Assembly: GCA_037969075.1 (NCBI GenBank)
Contig: JBBKWS010000207.1
Location: forward strand, 1 to 14,891
Reading direction: 5' to 3'
Origin: Bdellovibrionales bacterium
GTDB lineage: Bacteria > Bdellovibrionota > Bdellovibrionia > Bdellovibrionales > UBA840
DNA length: 14,891 bases
The translations under genes were made by a program, and so were the position numbers. Every line of letters starts with the position of its first letter. The first letter of the stretch is position 1. This document shows, piece after piece, positions 1 through 7,795 of this stretch. The notes below the pieces were generated by a model. It was not told the origin of the DNA, searched no databases, and saw nothing but the letters and a program-made list of their open reading frames with translations.

Positions 1-131
1 ACCTGTACGTTACTTGTCGAGGTGGACATCACTAGAAACACTAGAATGATTGTGAACATATCAACCATTGCTGTTAAGTTTAATTCAGTATGTGCTTCAC
101 GCATTCTATATTTTTTCAATACAGATCTCAT
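1..131 (-). CDS. ExbD/TolR family protein (AglS-like), 5' part only, truncated by the window edge
   Basis: Not in the ORF track. ATG at 131 directly follows the TAA of the upstream gene. My translation is MRSVLKKYRMREAHTELNLTAMVDMFTIILVFLVMSTSTSNVQ, with the ExbD/TolR motif LNLTAMVD (conserved membrane Asp) followed by a hydrophobic helix. Confidence 0.9.
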   Translation of the reverse strand, partial: MRSVLKKYRMREAHTELNLTAMVDMFTIILVFLVMSTSTSNVQ

Positions 132-683
132 TTATCCCTCAATCACATTGCCAAATGTTATATTTGGAAACATCGCTCTAGTTTTCACCGCTTGATTGCT
201 TTCTTTATCAATGAATTGAAATTCATCTTCTTCTTGTTTAGCTGCCCTAGCTTCATCCATCACTTGTACGATGTCTTGATATACAACACCCTCTTCTGGG
301 TAAATTTCTACCGAAAACACCTGTGCATTTGATTTTTTAACATCAACTAATTTCTGATGAATAGTATTTAAATCGTAAACACCCTCTTTGGTTGCAAAAC
401 TAATGCTGCTGAGCTTACCACCCTTATCAATAATATCTAGTTTGGCCGTTTTGTTATTATATAAATGTAGTTTCAATATAACGGATCTTTCTTTTTTATC
501 GTTTTCGATGGCATTAGCAACTGGCTGTGGAACTGGTGCGTCGAGAACTACCAGTTTTGCAAATGCAATTGATAACAACATCATTGGAATCAAAGAAACC
601 ATTATATCTAGCATTGGTGCTAAATTTAGATCAAATGTCGAATCTTCGATTCTCTGTTTTAGTGCTAAACGTCTACGTCCCAT
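132..683 (-). CDS. ExbD/TolR family protein (AglQ-like)
   Basis: N-terminal LNLAPMLDIMVSLIPMMLL TM motif with conserved Asp. C-terminal ExbD motif YQDIVQVMDEAR. Lies directly downstream of a TolQ homolog. Confidence 0.9.
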   Translation of the reverse strand: MGRRRLALKQRIEDSTFDLNLAPMLDIMVSLIPMMLLSIAFAKLVVLDAPVPQPVANAIENDKKERSVILKLHLYNNKTAKLDIIDKGGKLSSISFATKEGVYDLNTIHQKLVDVKKSNAQVFSVEIYPEEGVVYQDIVQVMDEARAAKQEEDEFQFIDKESNQAVKTRAMFPNITFGNVIEG

Positions 684-711
684 ATTTTACCCCGTTACCA
701 TTAAAACTATT

Positions 712-1407
712 CTAAGAAGCTTTGTTGCCCGTTGCTGGTGGTTCTTTTTTAGACTTACCACTATAAACTCCGGCTGACTCAAAACCTCTATAGTTTCTAG
801 CCGAAAGCATATCTAGTAACTTTGCACTAGAACCAGTGAGTGATTCGATAACCGCCGACTGTCTTGCGTGCAGAATCGAATAAATTACGATTATTGGTAT
901 CGCCATACATAGACCGTAAGCAGTATGGTTCATCGATATTGAAATACCTTGTGCTAGCAGTGTTTGTTTTTGCGAAGGATCTGCAAACGATAAAGCTTGA
1001 AACGACATAATCAGACCTGTGATGGTACCAAATAAACCTAGCAACATAGATACGTTGGCTGTCATGGATAAATACCCTAATTTTTTTGTTAATGAGGGTA
1101 TTACTTCTGATAGTGATATATCAAGTGCTTGATGCATAGCTTCGTCATCTCGATCTGCACGCTCTAGAACTGCCTTAGCGACTCTTCCAAATGGTGCTTC
1201 ACTGTGACTTGCAGCAAAACTAACTGCCTCATCTATTTTATCAACAAGCACATAGCCCTTGATCTTCTCAAGAAACGTTTGTGTATCTAACCTTGCCTTA
1301 AAATATAGTGCCTGAACGCGATTGACTATAATCACTATTGAAAATAGCGCTATCCCAATCATGCCGAACTCTACCCCATGGGAGAGTAATTGTATAATAT
1401 CCTTCAT
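712..1407 (-). CDS. MotA/TolQ/ExbB proton channel family protein (AglR-like)
   Basis: Three hydrophobic segments; motifs LLGLFGTITGLIMSF and LAQGISISMNHTAYGL; AAGGAG RBS before the ATG. Confidence 0.93.
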   Translation of the reverse strand: MKDIIQLLSHGVEFGMIGIALFSIVIIVNRVQALYFKARLDTQTFLEKIKGYVLVDKIDEAVSFAASHSEAPFGRVAKAVLERADRDDEAMHQALDISLSEVIPSLTKKLGYLSMTANVSMLLGLFGTITGLIMSFQALSFADPSQKQTLLAQGISISMNHTAYGLCMAIPIIVIYSILHARQSAVIESLTGSSAKLLDMLSARNYRGFESAGVYSGKSKKEPPATGNKAS

Positions 1408-1535
1408 CGACGACTCCTTTTAACGTGCCATTAATTTTTAAGCTTGGGAGTGTCTAATAGACACAACTCCAAAACATGTTTAATCCATCTAGTTGCTTGC
1501 TCGAGTGTACATGCTGAAGTTGAGCAGAAATTTAA

Positions 1536-2324
1536 TTACGAAATCTTTTTTGTTAAATCACAGATGCTTTTTTTTGCAGTGTCATTAAGATGCATAAATT
1601 TAACTATATATTCCACCTCTTGTTTTTTATTTCTAATTGTTTGCGAATATGATTTATTTACAATTTCACAGGCAGCATTAAAGGCCGGTAGGTCGTCATT
1701 ACCCTTGTGATGAATTACTACTTTGTCGCCAGGGGCTAGCATTGAATAGGCTATTTTAACTCTTGCGCCGCCCTCACTTAATTGTAAGTAAGTGCCGCTG
1801 AAGAGCTCAGCCGAATCACTTACCATAATATCACTTTTATAATTAACACGCCGATGCTCTCTTTTTAAAAAAGCTTCTTTATTTTCTTTTATCATCGCCA
1901 CCATTTTTTCTGGTGAAAATTCTCTAAGCTCAGCAATACGTGTCCATTTTGCCATTTTGTCATTCCATACAAAATCGAACTCATAGGCCTGTCTTTCTTG
2001 TAGCATTTTGATCATTCCAAGATATGTAAATGGACCAAGCTTCTTATCTTCCCTTAATAAAAACCACTCTTCCGAGTCTGTGCTACTTGTATTCACATTT
2101 AACTGTGACGACTCTTCAACCTTGGGAGCTGCCGTTGGTTTTTTTGATTTTAACTGATCAATAACTGGCTTGAATTCTATTAGCGGAAGCCAGTCCTTAT
2201 CACTATCTATATATATATAGTCAGTAATAGCTATTTCGCCGCTGGCAAATGCCAACAAGATCTGTTCCACGGTAAATGGACCAATCTCTTTACTATTTTT
2301 TGAAATAGCATAGGTCTTCTGCAT
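1536..2324 (-). CDS. Tandem GYF_2 (DUF4339-type) domains plus C-terminal PilZ domain protein, 262 aa
   Basis: Two GYF_2-like repeats (EIGPFTVEQI...DYIY...DWLPL and WFL...LGPFTY...DFVW...KWTRI). PilZ RxxxR motif REHRR and second motif QLSEGG. Start moved from 2372 to the ATG at 2324, which has a GGAGG RBS 9 nt upstream. Confidence 0.85.
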   Translation of the reverse strand: MQKTYAISKNSKEIGPFTVEQILLAFASGEIAITDYIYIDSDKDWLPLIEFKPVIDQLKSKKPTAAPKVEESSQLNVNTSSTDSEEWFLLREDKKLGPFTYLGMIKMLQERQAYEFDFVWNDKMAKWTRIAELREFSPEKMVAMIKENKEAFLKREHRRVNYKSDIMVSDSAELFSGTYLQLSEGGARVKIAYSMLAPGDKVVIHHKGNDDLPAFNAACEIVNKSYSQTIRNKKQEVEYIVKFMHLNDTAKKSICDLTKKIS

Positions 2325-2356
2325 TTTGGGCTGCCTCCAAATCTTAATCAAAACTA

Positions 2357-2383
2357 CCATCGGTCCTTTCAACAGTAGTCTTA
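2357..2383 (-). promoter_or_regulatory. Putative sigma28 (FliA) promoter for the GYF-PilZ gene
   Basis: Minus strand reads TAAG-N15-ACCGATGG, against the consensus TAAA-N15-GCCGATAA. The -10 box ends about 32 nt upstream of the ATG at 2324. Confidence 0.6.
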
Positions 2384-2634
2384 ACGCTGATTATAAACGA
2401 TATTCACGCAGTTACGCAGATTTTTTTTGATTCAACTCGCTTTGATACAAGTCTCAACTCATAATGAGAAAATTTAAATTACTGTCTCATATTGAGCGAA
2501 ATGTTAATAAATCTTATTGTTTGTTCTGATATCATGTTAATCTAGACGAAAGTTAATATATATTAGGTCTAATCTGTATGTACTCTCTCCGACCTAAATA
2601 GCCAATCAGTTGACTGGCTTTTACTGGAGGGAAT

Positions 2635-3726
2635 ATGTTGTTACGTAAGCTGTACGTTCTCGTGATTTCAACACTGTTTATGATATCCTGCTCGGATGAC
2701 GAAGCGTCGTTTTCATTATTACCAGATTCTGATACCTTTCAACAAACAACAGGTAGCTTTAATAACAAGTTAGATATTCTATTTGTTATCGATGACTCGG
2801 GATCAATGGCACCGTATCAAACTAACTTAAGTAATAACTTCAGCGCATTCATTAATGACTTTATCACTAAAGGATATGACTTTAGAATTGCTGTAATAAC
2901 TAGTTCCGCATGGGAAGCTGGTTTTTACGCTGCAGGCTCTTCACAGAACCGTGCAAGATTCAGAAGTGCATCTGGAAGTGCTATTTTAGACCCTGATACA
3001 CCTAATATAGCTAATGCATTTGCACAAAATATTAGTGCGGGTACTACAGGGAATGGCGATGAAAGACCCCTTCAAAGTATCCAGGCAGCGTTAGAGCATT
3101 CATTTAATAGTGGATATGGTTTTCCTAGATCTGATGCCTATATGGCAGTGATTATTGTAACTGATGAAGATGATTATTCTAATCAAACAACTACTTGCCT
3201 GCAGCCAAATGCTAGCGGTGGTTGTAATAATAATGCATTCAATCCAGCTTGGTCACACCCTGATATGGCCTCGCATCAGATCAGCAATTACAAAGAGTAT
3301 CTGCGAGTTAAAACTAACTCTACGGCCGAAATAGCAAGATATAACGTATCTACTATAGCTGTATTAGACAACGCTTGTAAAACAGCTCCTGGCACGCACG
3401 CAGCTGCAATGATCGGTACCCGAGTAAAAGATATGGTAACTCAAACAGATGGTGTTCAGGGTAGTATTTGCGATAATAATTTTTCAACTAGTTTAAACTT
3501 AATTCAGCAACAAATCAGTGAGCTTTCTACTCAGTTCTATTTAAGTAGAATACCATTGGTACCTACAATCCGAGTTACTGTAAACGGTTCAGTGATATCT
3601 AAAAACTCTACAAATGGTTGGGACTATATATCAGTGTCCAATAGCGTGAAGTTTTATGGTAGCGCAATTCCAGCTGAGGGCGATTCAATCTCTATCAACT
3701 TTGATCCTGCAGAATTAGGAGATTAG
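2635..3726 (+). CDS. VWA (MIDAS) domain lipoprotein, putative surface adhesin
   Basis: Lipoprotein signal ending FMISC; LDILFVIDDSGSM (MIDAS DxSxS); GNGDERPL and VIIVTDEDD motifs; C-terminal beta-rich domain; GGAGG RBS. Confidence 0.85.
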   Translation: MLLRKLYVLVISTLFMISCSDDEASFSLLPDSDTFQQTTGSFNNKLDILFVIDDSGSMAPYQTNLSNNFSAFINDFITKGYDFRIAVITSSAWEAGFYAAGSSQNRARFRSASGSAILDPDTPNIANAFAQNISAGTTGNGDERPLQSIQAALEHSFNSGYGFPRSDAYMAVIIVTDEDDYSNQTTTCLQPNASGGCNNNAFNPAWSHPDMASHQISNYKEYLRVKTNSTAEIARYNVSTIAVLDNACKTAPGTHAAAMIGTRVKDMVTQTDGVQGSICDNNFSTSLNLIQQQISELSTQFYLSRIPLVPTIRVTVNGSVISKNSTNGWDYISVSNSVKFYGSAIPAEGDSISINFDPAELGD

Positions 3727-3750
3727 AATTACAACATATTGATACTTCTT

Positions 3751-3780
3751 AGGCCGGTCACTAGTGATCGGCTTTTCTTT
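3751..3780 (+). terminator. Rho-independent terminator
   Basis: Stem GCCGGTCA / loop CTAG / TGATCGGC followed by TTTTCTTT, about 25 nt after the VWA gene stop. Confidence 0.85.
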
Positions 3781-3858
3781 ATCAACCGTAAACTTGTTGT
3801 ACAGTTTTTTAATCATTTCAAACATGCCTTAGCTTAAAGCCAACACCTTCATTTTAGC

Positions 3859-3874
3859 CGGTACGATCCTTGCT
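3859..3874 (+). promoter_or_regulatory. Putative sigma54 (-24/-12) promoter for the lytic transglycosylase
   Basis: CGGTACGATCCTTGCT has exact GG-N10-GC spacing and matches consensus TGGCACG-N4-TTGCW except at two positions. It sits between a terminator and the next ATG. Confidence 0.55.
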
Positions 3875-3886
3875 TTATATCTAAGT

Positions 3887-5110
3887 ATGTTACTTAGCTT
3901 CCTATTTGTTATTATAAACGTATCCCACTCATTAGATGTTCCTAGTGAAATCGAGGACGTATTTACGGTCCACACAGAGCCTAGGTCACTACTCCTGGAT
4001 AGCGCTATTGATACCAGTTTATATGAAATAAACCTAATCAAGCCCTCGGCTAAAAACATAGGTTTAAGAAGCTTAGTTTTTATAGATAGCAGGCCCGTTT
4101 TACAAGAAGGTCTAAGTTTATCAAAAACAAGCTTCTTACTTTCTAAGAGAGAGATTTTAAACGATGTTGGTAGCCGCGTAACTAATGATTTTCAAATTCC
4201 AGATAACTTATACAACCGCGTTAGTTTTTGGTTTGATATCTATACCAAATATGACTCAAACAATATCGTGTTTCATGATTCGGATAGTCCGTGGATTGTA
4301 TATAAGGTTGTGGACATAAGCCTGACATTAAACCAACCCAATAAACATAAATGGACAAAGTTTCATGAGTCCGAAAAATTGATCGCTAATACGCGAAAAC
4401 AATTATCAAAAACGCTCATATCTCTTTCAAAGAAAAAATCTTTTAAAAAACTTAGCTCTGATGAAGCTAATATCTATAAAATGTATTCTTCACTTAGAAA
4501 TCCTCGCGCTAGCCTTATTGGTGCGGCGAGAAGATTGCGTTCACAAACAGGGCAAAAAAACCACTTTCAATCTGGCATCGCTAGATCAACAGAATATTTA
4601 CCTAAGATGGAAAAAATATTCGCATCATACGGATTACCTCCTGAGCTAACAAGAATTCCTCTAGTTGAAAGCAGTTTTAATGTTGATGCATACTCTAAGG
4701 TGGGTGCATCTGGAATTTGGCAAATCATGCCTTATATCGCAAAACACTTTGGTATCTTAAATAGCAAGAAAGACGGGCGCTCTGACGTGATGTCATCAAC
4801 ACGGGTTGCCGCCAAACTTTTAAAAGAAAAACATTCTATATTAAAAGAATGGCCACTTTCAGTTACCGCCTATAACCATGGTCCAGGCGGAATTAAGCTT
4901 GCGGTAAAAAAAGCTAAATCATCTGACTTAGGTAAAATTTTAGAAAAGTACAATAGTAAGCGATTTGGCTTTGCTTCACAAAATTTCTACGCTTGTTTTT
5001 TAGCTTCGTTATTTGCAGAGAGATATCAGGATGTTGTTTTTAGTGATTTCGACGAAATGCTCATTGGATCTCTTAAGCCACTTGATTCAATAAAATCTAA
5101 TTCCAACTAG
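3887..5110 (+). CDS. Lytic transglycosylase, SLT domain (MltD-like catalytic domain, no LysM seen)
   Basis: Motifs VESSFN (catalytic Glu), GASGIWQIMP and AYNHGPG; hydrophobic N-terminus. The exact start is uncertain because there is no RBS. Confidence 0.92.
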   Translation: MLLSFLFVIINVSHSLDVPSEIEDVFTVHTEPRSLLLDSAIDTSLYEINLIKPSAKNIGLRSLVFIDSRPVLQEGLSLSKTSFLLSKREILNDVGSRVTNDFQIPDNLYNRVSFWFDIYTKYDSNNIVFHDSDSPWIVYKVVDISLTLNQPNKHKWTKFHESEKLIANTRKQLSKTLISLSKKKSFKKLSSDEANIYKMYSSLRNPRASLIGAARRLRSQTGQKNHFQSGIARSTEYLPKMEKIFASYGLPPELTRIPLVESSFNVDAYSKVGASGIWQIMPYIAKHFGILNSKKDGRSDVMSSTRVAAKLLKEKHSILKEWPLSVTAYNHGPGGIKLAVKKAKSSDLGKILEKYNSKRFGFASQNFYACFLASLFAERYQDVVFSDFDEMLIGSLKPLDSIKSNSN

Positions 5111-7274
5111 GTAATATATTTATTGTCTTTCTAGCAGTCAGCACTTCAAATTGTGTAACTATGCCCTTTTCATCAAAAACCTGCACACTCTGCGTACCTT
5201 CGGCAACATTATATATAACAAACCCTGCTATTTCCTGCCAGCGCTCAGTTAGTTGCCGCGTGGGTATTATTGTTGCGTCGTGATCAAAGTATGTCATTTG
5301 ATCTACCGTTAGCTCGTTCTTATTTAGAAATAGCCCCGAAAACTTTGTCGGCTCAATAAACCCGATGATTGCATTTGCAACTAATTTTAAGTTTAATATT
5401 TTAGAAATACTATCCGCTCCAAGGTATTTTAGCTTTACCCTTTTTTCCGAAGTAGGTATATTCGCTCTATACACTATGCCTGAGTCCTTTTCTTTAAACT
5501 CAAGAAGGTTGTATGCAGCTGCTTTTACAGTTTTAATTTTCATGGGATTTGATGGAGCCGAAACTGCCGCCAAGCCTGGTATATATATTTCTAAATTTGT
5601 TTTTGGCGCGTTGTCGCCATCAAAGAATGTGATTTTCTGTTCAACAAGACTGTTAATTTCTACATCAATATATGTAATGTTTTGTCTAAAAACTTCTATA
5701 GTGCGTTGTATTTTTTTGCCTTGGTACTCGAAGGATAGGCTGTGTAACCCTGGTTTGATTCCTGCAAAAATAAAATATCCATTCTTGCTAGTAGCGTATA
5801 AATCTTTTTGGGGCAGATATGCATGATTTAAATAGGCCGGACCAAATGCTTCTTGATCTGTGATCTTCACTTGAACACCACTGGCATCTTTAAAGTTTTT
5901 AATTTTACCCCACACGATTCCATGGTCTCCAACCAAACCTTTGTTGTAGCCTTGCTCTTTAATCGTTTCTAGGAAGGCATTAACCATAGTATCTTCAAAC
6001 ATTGGGACAAATGATTTTTCACCAGCCTCTATGTACTTACTTGTCGTCCAATTGCCAGATCCTTTAAACTGCAAATTCATTTGCGAGCCATTTTTTATTA
6101 AATTATTCTCGATTTTACCCTCAAAGTCTGTCGCATAAATCGCGGCATCCATTGGGTCACTTATTCTTATATTTGGTGCCTTTTCTATGTAGTCATCAAA
6201 TGAGTACGCTGATATCGTTTGAATATTTAGGCCGTTATACTTTGGAGTAAGTGGTATATGAAACCCTGATAACTCATAGGAGTCGCTTGGTAGCCCGTCT
6301 AACGGAATTTCTCCCTCACCTACAATAAATCCATCTCTATTAATTACTATAGCCCGAATCTCACCAACCAAATTGCTTATTGGGATCTCAAATGTAGCGC
6401 TTGACCAATTTATAAATCCTTTATCATAGATTACGCCATCAATTTCATGAACGATTTGCAGATCCTGTTGACCGAACAAAAACCCCATTCCGCCAGTAAA
6501 TTCAAATGTACCTTTTAATACTTGCGCTTTAAGCCCAGAATCAAATAACGATTTTCCTGTAGATTCCGGTTTCACTATTATATCTAATCCATTTTGATCA
6601 TTTGTGGCTGATGGTGGGTTCGTATAATCATTACTTGCTATTAGATTAGCTGGTACATATGTCGATGTAGGTGGTTTAACAATTCTGCCGCTGTTTACTA
6701 TTATTATTGGTTGTTCTTTATTTTCTAGCTCTAGCGATAATGAATTAAACGGCTTACTCTCACTGATTTTTTCATTACCCTCTGACACCTCATATGCGTC
6801 TTCTTCCCATATATATTTTTTAACTTCTTGCTCAATACTTGGTTGCGACCAATCTTCGAATACAATTTGATCTACGTCACTTGCTTGAAGCAATCGATTG
6901 ATTTGTTGTGGATTAAGATTTGCTGCCATTTTTCCCAAAATTTCACTTTTACGAAACTGTCTTTTTACTAGTAAAATCTCGCTCTTACTTACTGTGACAC
7001 CTTCCTCAAAGGTAACGGTTCTTGGCCCGCGCGGAATCAACGTGGCGATCTGAGTTTTTGGAATACTTAGGCTTTCTGACGATAGCGTGTTGAATGAAAG
7101 TGTTTCTTGCTCTTCATCAACCTGCGTATCTCTTAGGGCTGCTAGAGCTAGTGATGTTTTTTCAAAACTGATTGTTATGGGATCTTGAAAATAATAGAAA
7201 TCAAAATTTTGTGTGGGCACACAAAATAGTATAGTTAAAACATATAGTAGCAGTGGCAGCTTCGTGTTGTTCAA
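5097..7274 (-). CDS. Large exported hypothetical protein with probable beta-sandwich (carboxypeptidase-regulatory-like) domains
   Basis: 725-aa ORF with TTG start and hydrophobic N-terminus. Segment GIVWGKI...GVQVKI...TSKNGYFIFAGIKPGLHSL resembles prealbumin-like folds. Its 3' end overlaps the convergent SLT gene by 14 bp. Confidence 0.75.
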   Translation of the reverse strand: MNNTKLPLLLYVLTILFCVPTQNFDFYYFQDPITISFEKTSLALAALRDTQVDEEQETLSFNTLSSESLSIPKTQIATLIPRGPRTVTFEEGVTVSKSEILLVKRQFRKSEILGKMAANLNPQQINRLLQASDVDQIVFEDWSQPSIEQEVKKYIWEEDAYEVSEGNEKISESKPFNSLSLELENKEQPIIIVNSGRIVKPPTSTYVPANLIASNDYTNPPSATNDQNGLDIIVKPESTGKSLFDSGLKAQVLKGTFEFTGGMGFLFGQQDLQIVHEIDGVIYDKGFINWSSATFEIPISNLVGEIRAIVINRDGFIVGEGEIPLDGLPSDSYELSGFHIPLTPKYNGLNIQTISAYSFDDYIEKAPNIRISDPMDAAIYATDFEGKIENNLIKNGSQMNLQFKGSGNWTTSKYIEAGEKSFVPMFEDTMVNAFLETIKEQGYNKGLVGDHGIVWGKIKNFKDASGVQVKITDQEAFGPAYLNHAYLPQKDLYATSKNGYFIFAGIKPGLHSLSFEYQGKKIQRTIEVFRQNITYIDVEINSLVEQKITFFDGDNAPKTNLEIYIPGLAAVSAPSNPMKIKTVKAAAYNLLEFKEKDSGIVYRANIPTSEKRVKLKYLGADSISKILNLKLVANAIIGFIEPTKFSGLFLNKNELTVDQMTYFDHDATIIPTRQLTERWQEIAGFVIYNVAEGTQSVQVFDEKGIVTQFEVLTARKTINILPSWN

Positions 7275-7327
7275 TCTATCGATTCCGTTCGAAGTTGAGT
7301 ATTCAATTACTATCCACTTTATTGTAT

Positions 7328-7795
7328 TTAAAAAGCTCGAAAGTCGTCAATCATGTTCGTTTTTTTATAACGTTTGACTAGGTAGCCTTTGATCTTGTCA
7401 GCAATGTCTTTTTCCATCTCTGGATTTCGACAACATATCACATAGCGCGGCTTTTCTCTTGGACCGCTAATTAGTTCTTCTATATCTACTCTTACATTCA
7501 GTGTATATGGCTTAGTTATTTCGTTTATACTTATACGCGCGTAGGCCCTTTCTGACGGAGGGCCTTTTGGTATTTGCACTTTCTTTCGATAATACAAAGG
7601 AACCGCATAGGCTTTTGTTGAATAGTTTCTGCCGTTCTCGCTCACAGATGATATGGGAGCAGGGAGATTTTGCTTTATCGCATCGTGAATAAAGTTAATT
7701 GGATAGTCAAGATCCTCTAACCTTGACCCCGTAGCACAAGCGACAATGGTTAGAGCTAATATTAGGTATCCAAATGAGTATCTAAGGATACTCAT
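7328..7795 (-). CDS. Hypothetical lipoprotein
   Basis: Signal peptide ending TIVAC; ATGA overlap with the transaldolase stop. Confidence 0.8.
   Translation of the reverse strand: MSILRYSFGYLILALTIVACATGSRLEDLDYPINFIHDAIKQNLPAPISSVSENGRNYSTKAYAVPLYYRKKVQIPKGPPSERAYARISINEITKPYTLNVRVDIEELISGPREKPRYVICCRNPEMEKDIADKIKGYLVKRYKKTNMIDDFRAF

Noticed and set aside
1415..1431. TGGCAC on the minus strand upstream of the TolQ gene as a sigma54 -24 box
   Set aside because: There is no TTGC at the -12 position; the RBS is there instead.
2569..2595. Possible sigma28 promoter for the VWA gene (CTAA-N15-TCCGACCT)
   Set aside because: Both boxes match weakly in AT-rich DNA.
3824..3886. In-frame ATG-CCT-TAG followed by a hydrophobic open stretch running into the SLT ORF, suggesting a nonsense mutation or TAG readthrough
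   Set aside because: There is no RBS, TAG is a real stop in the adjacent VWA gene, and the stretch is better explained as a sigma54 promoter. Read-level checking would exclude a sequencing error.
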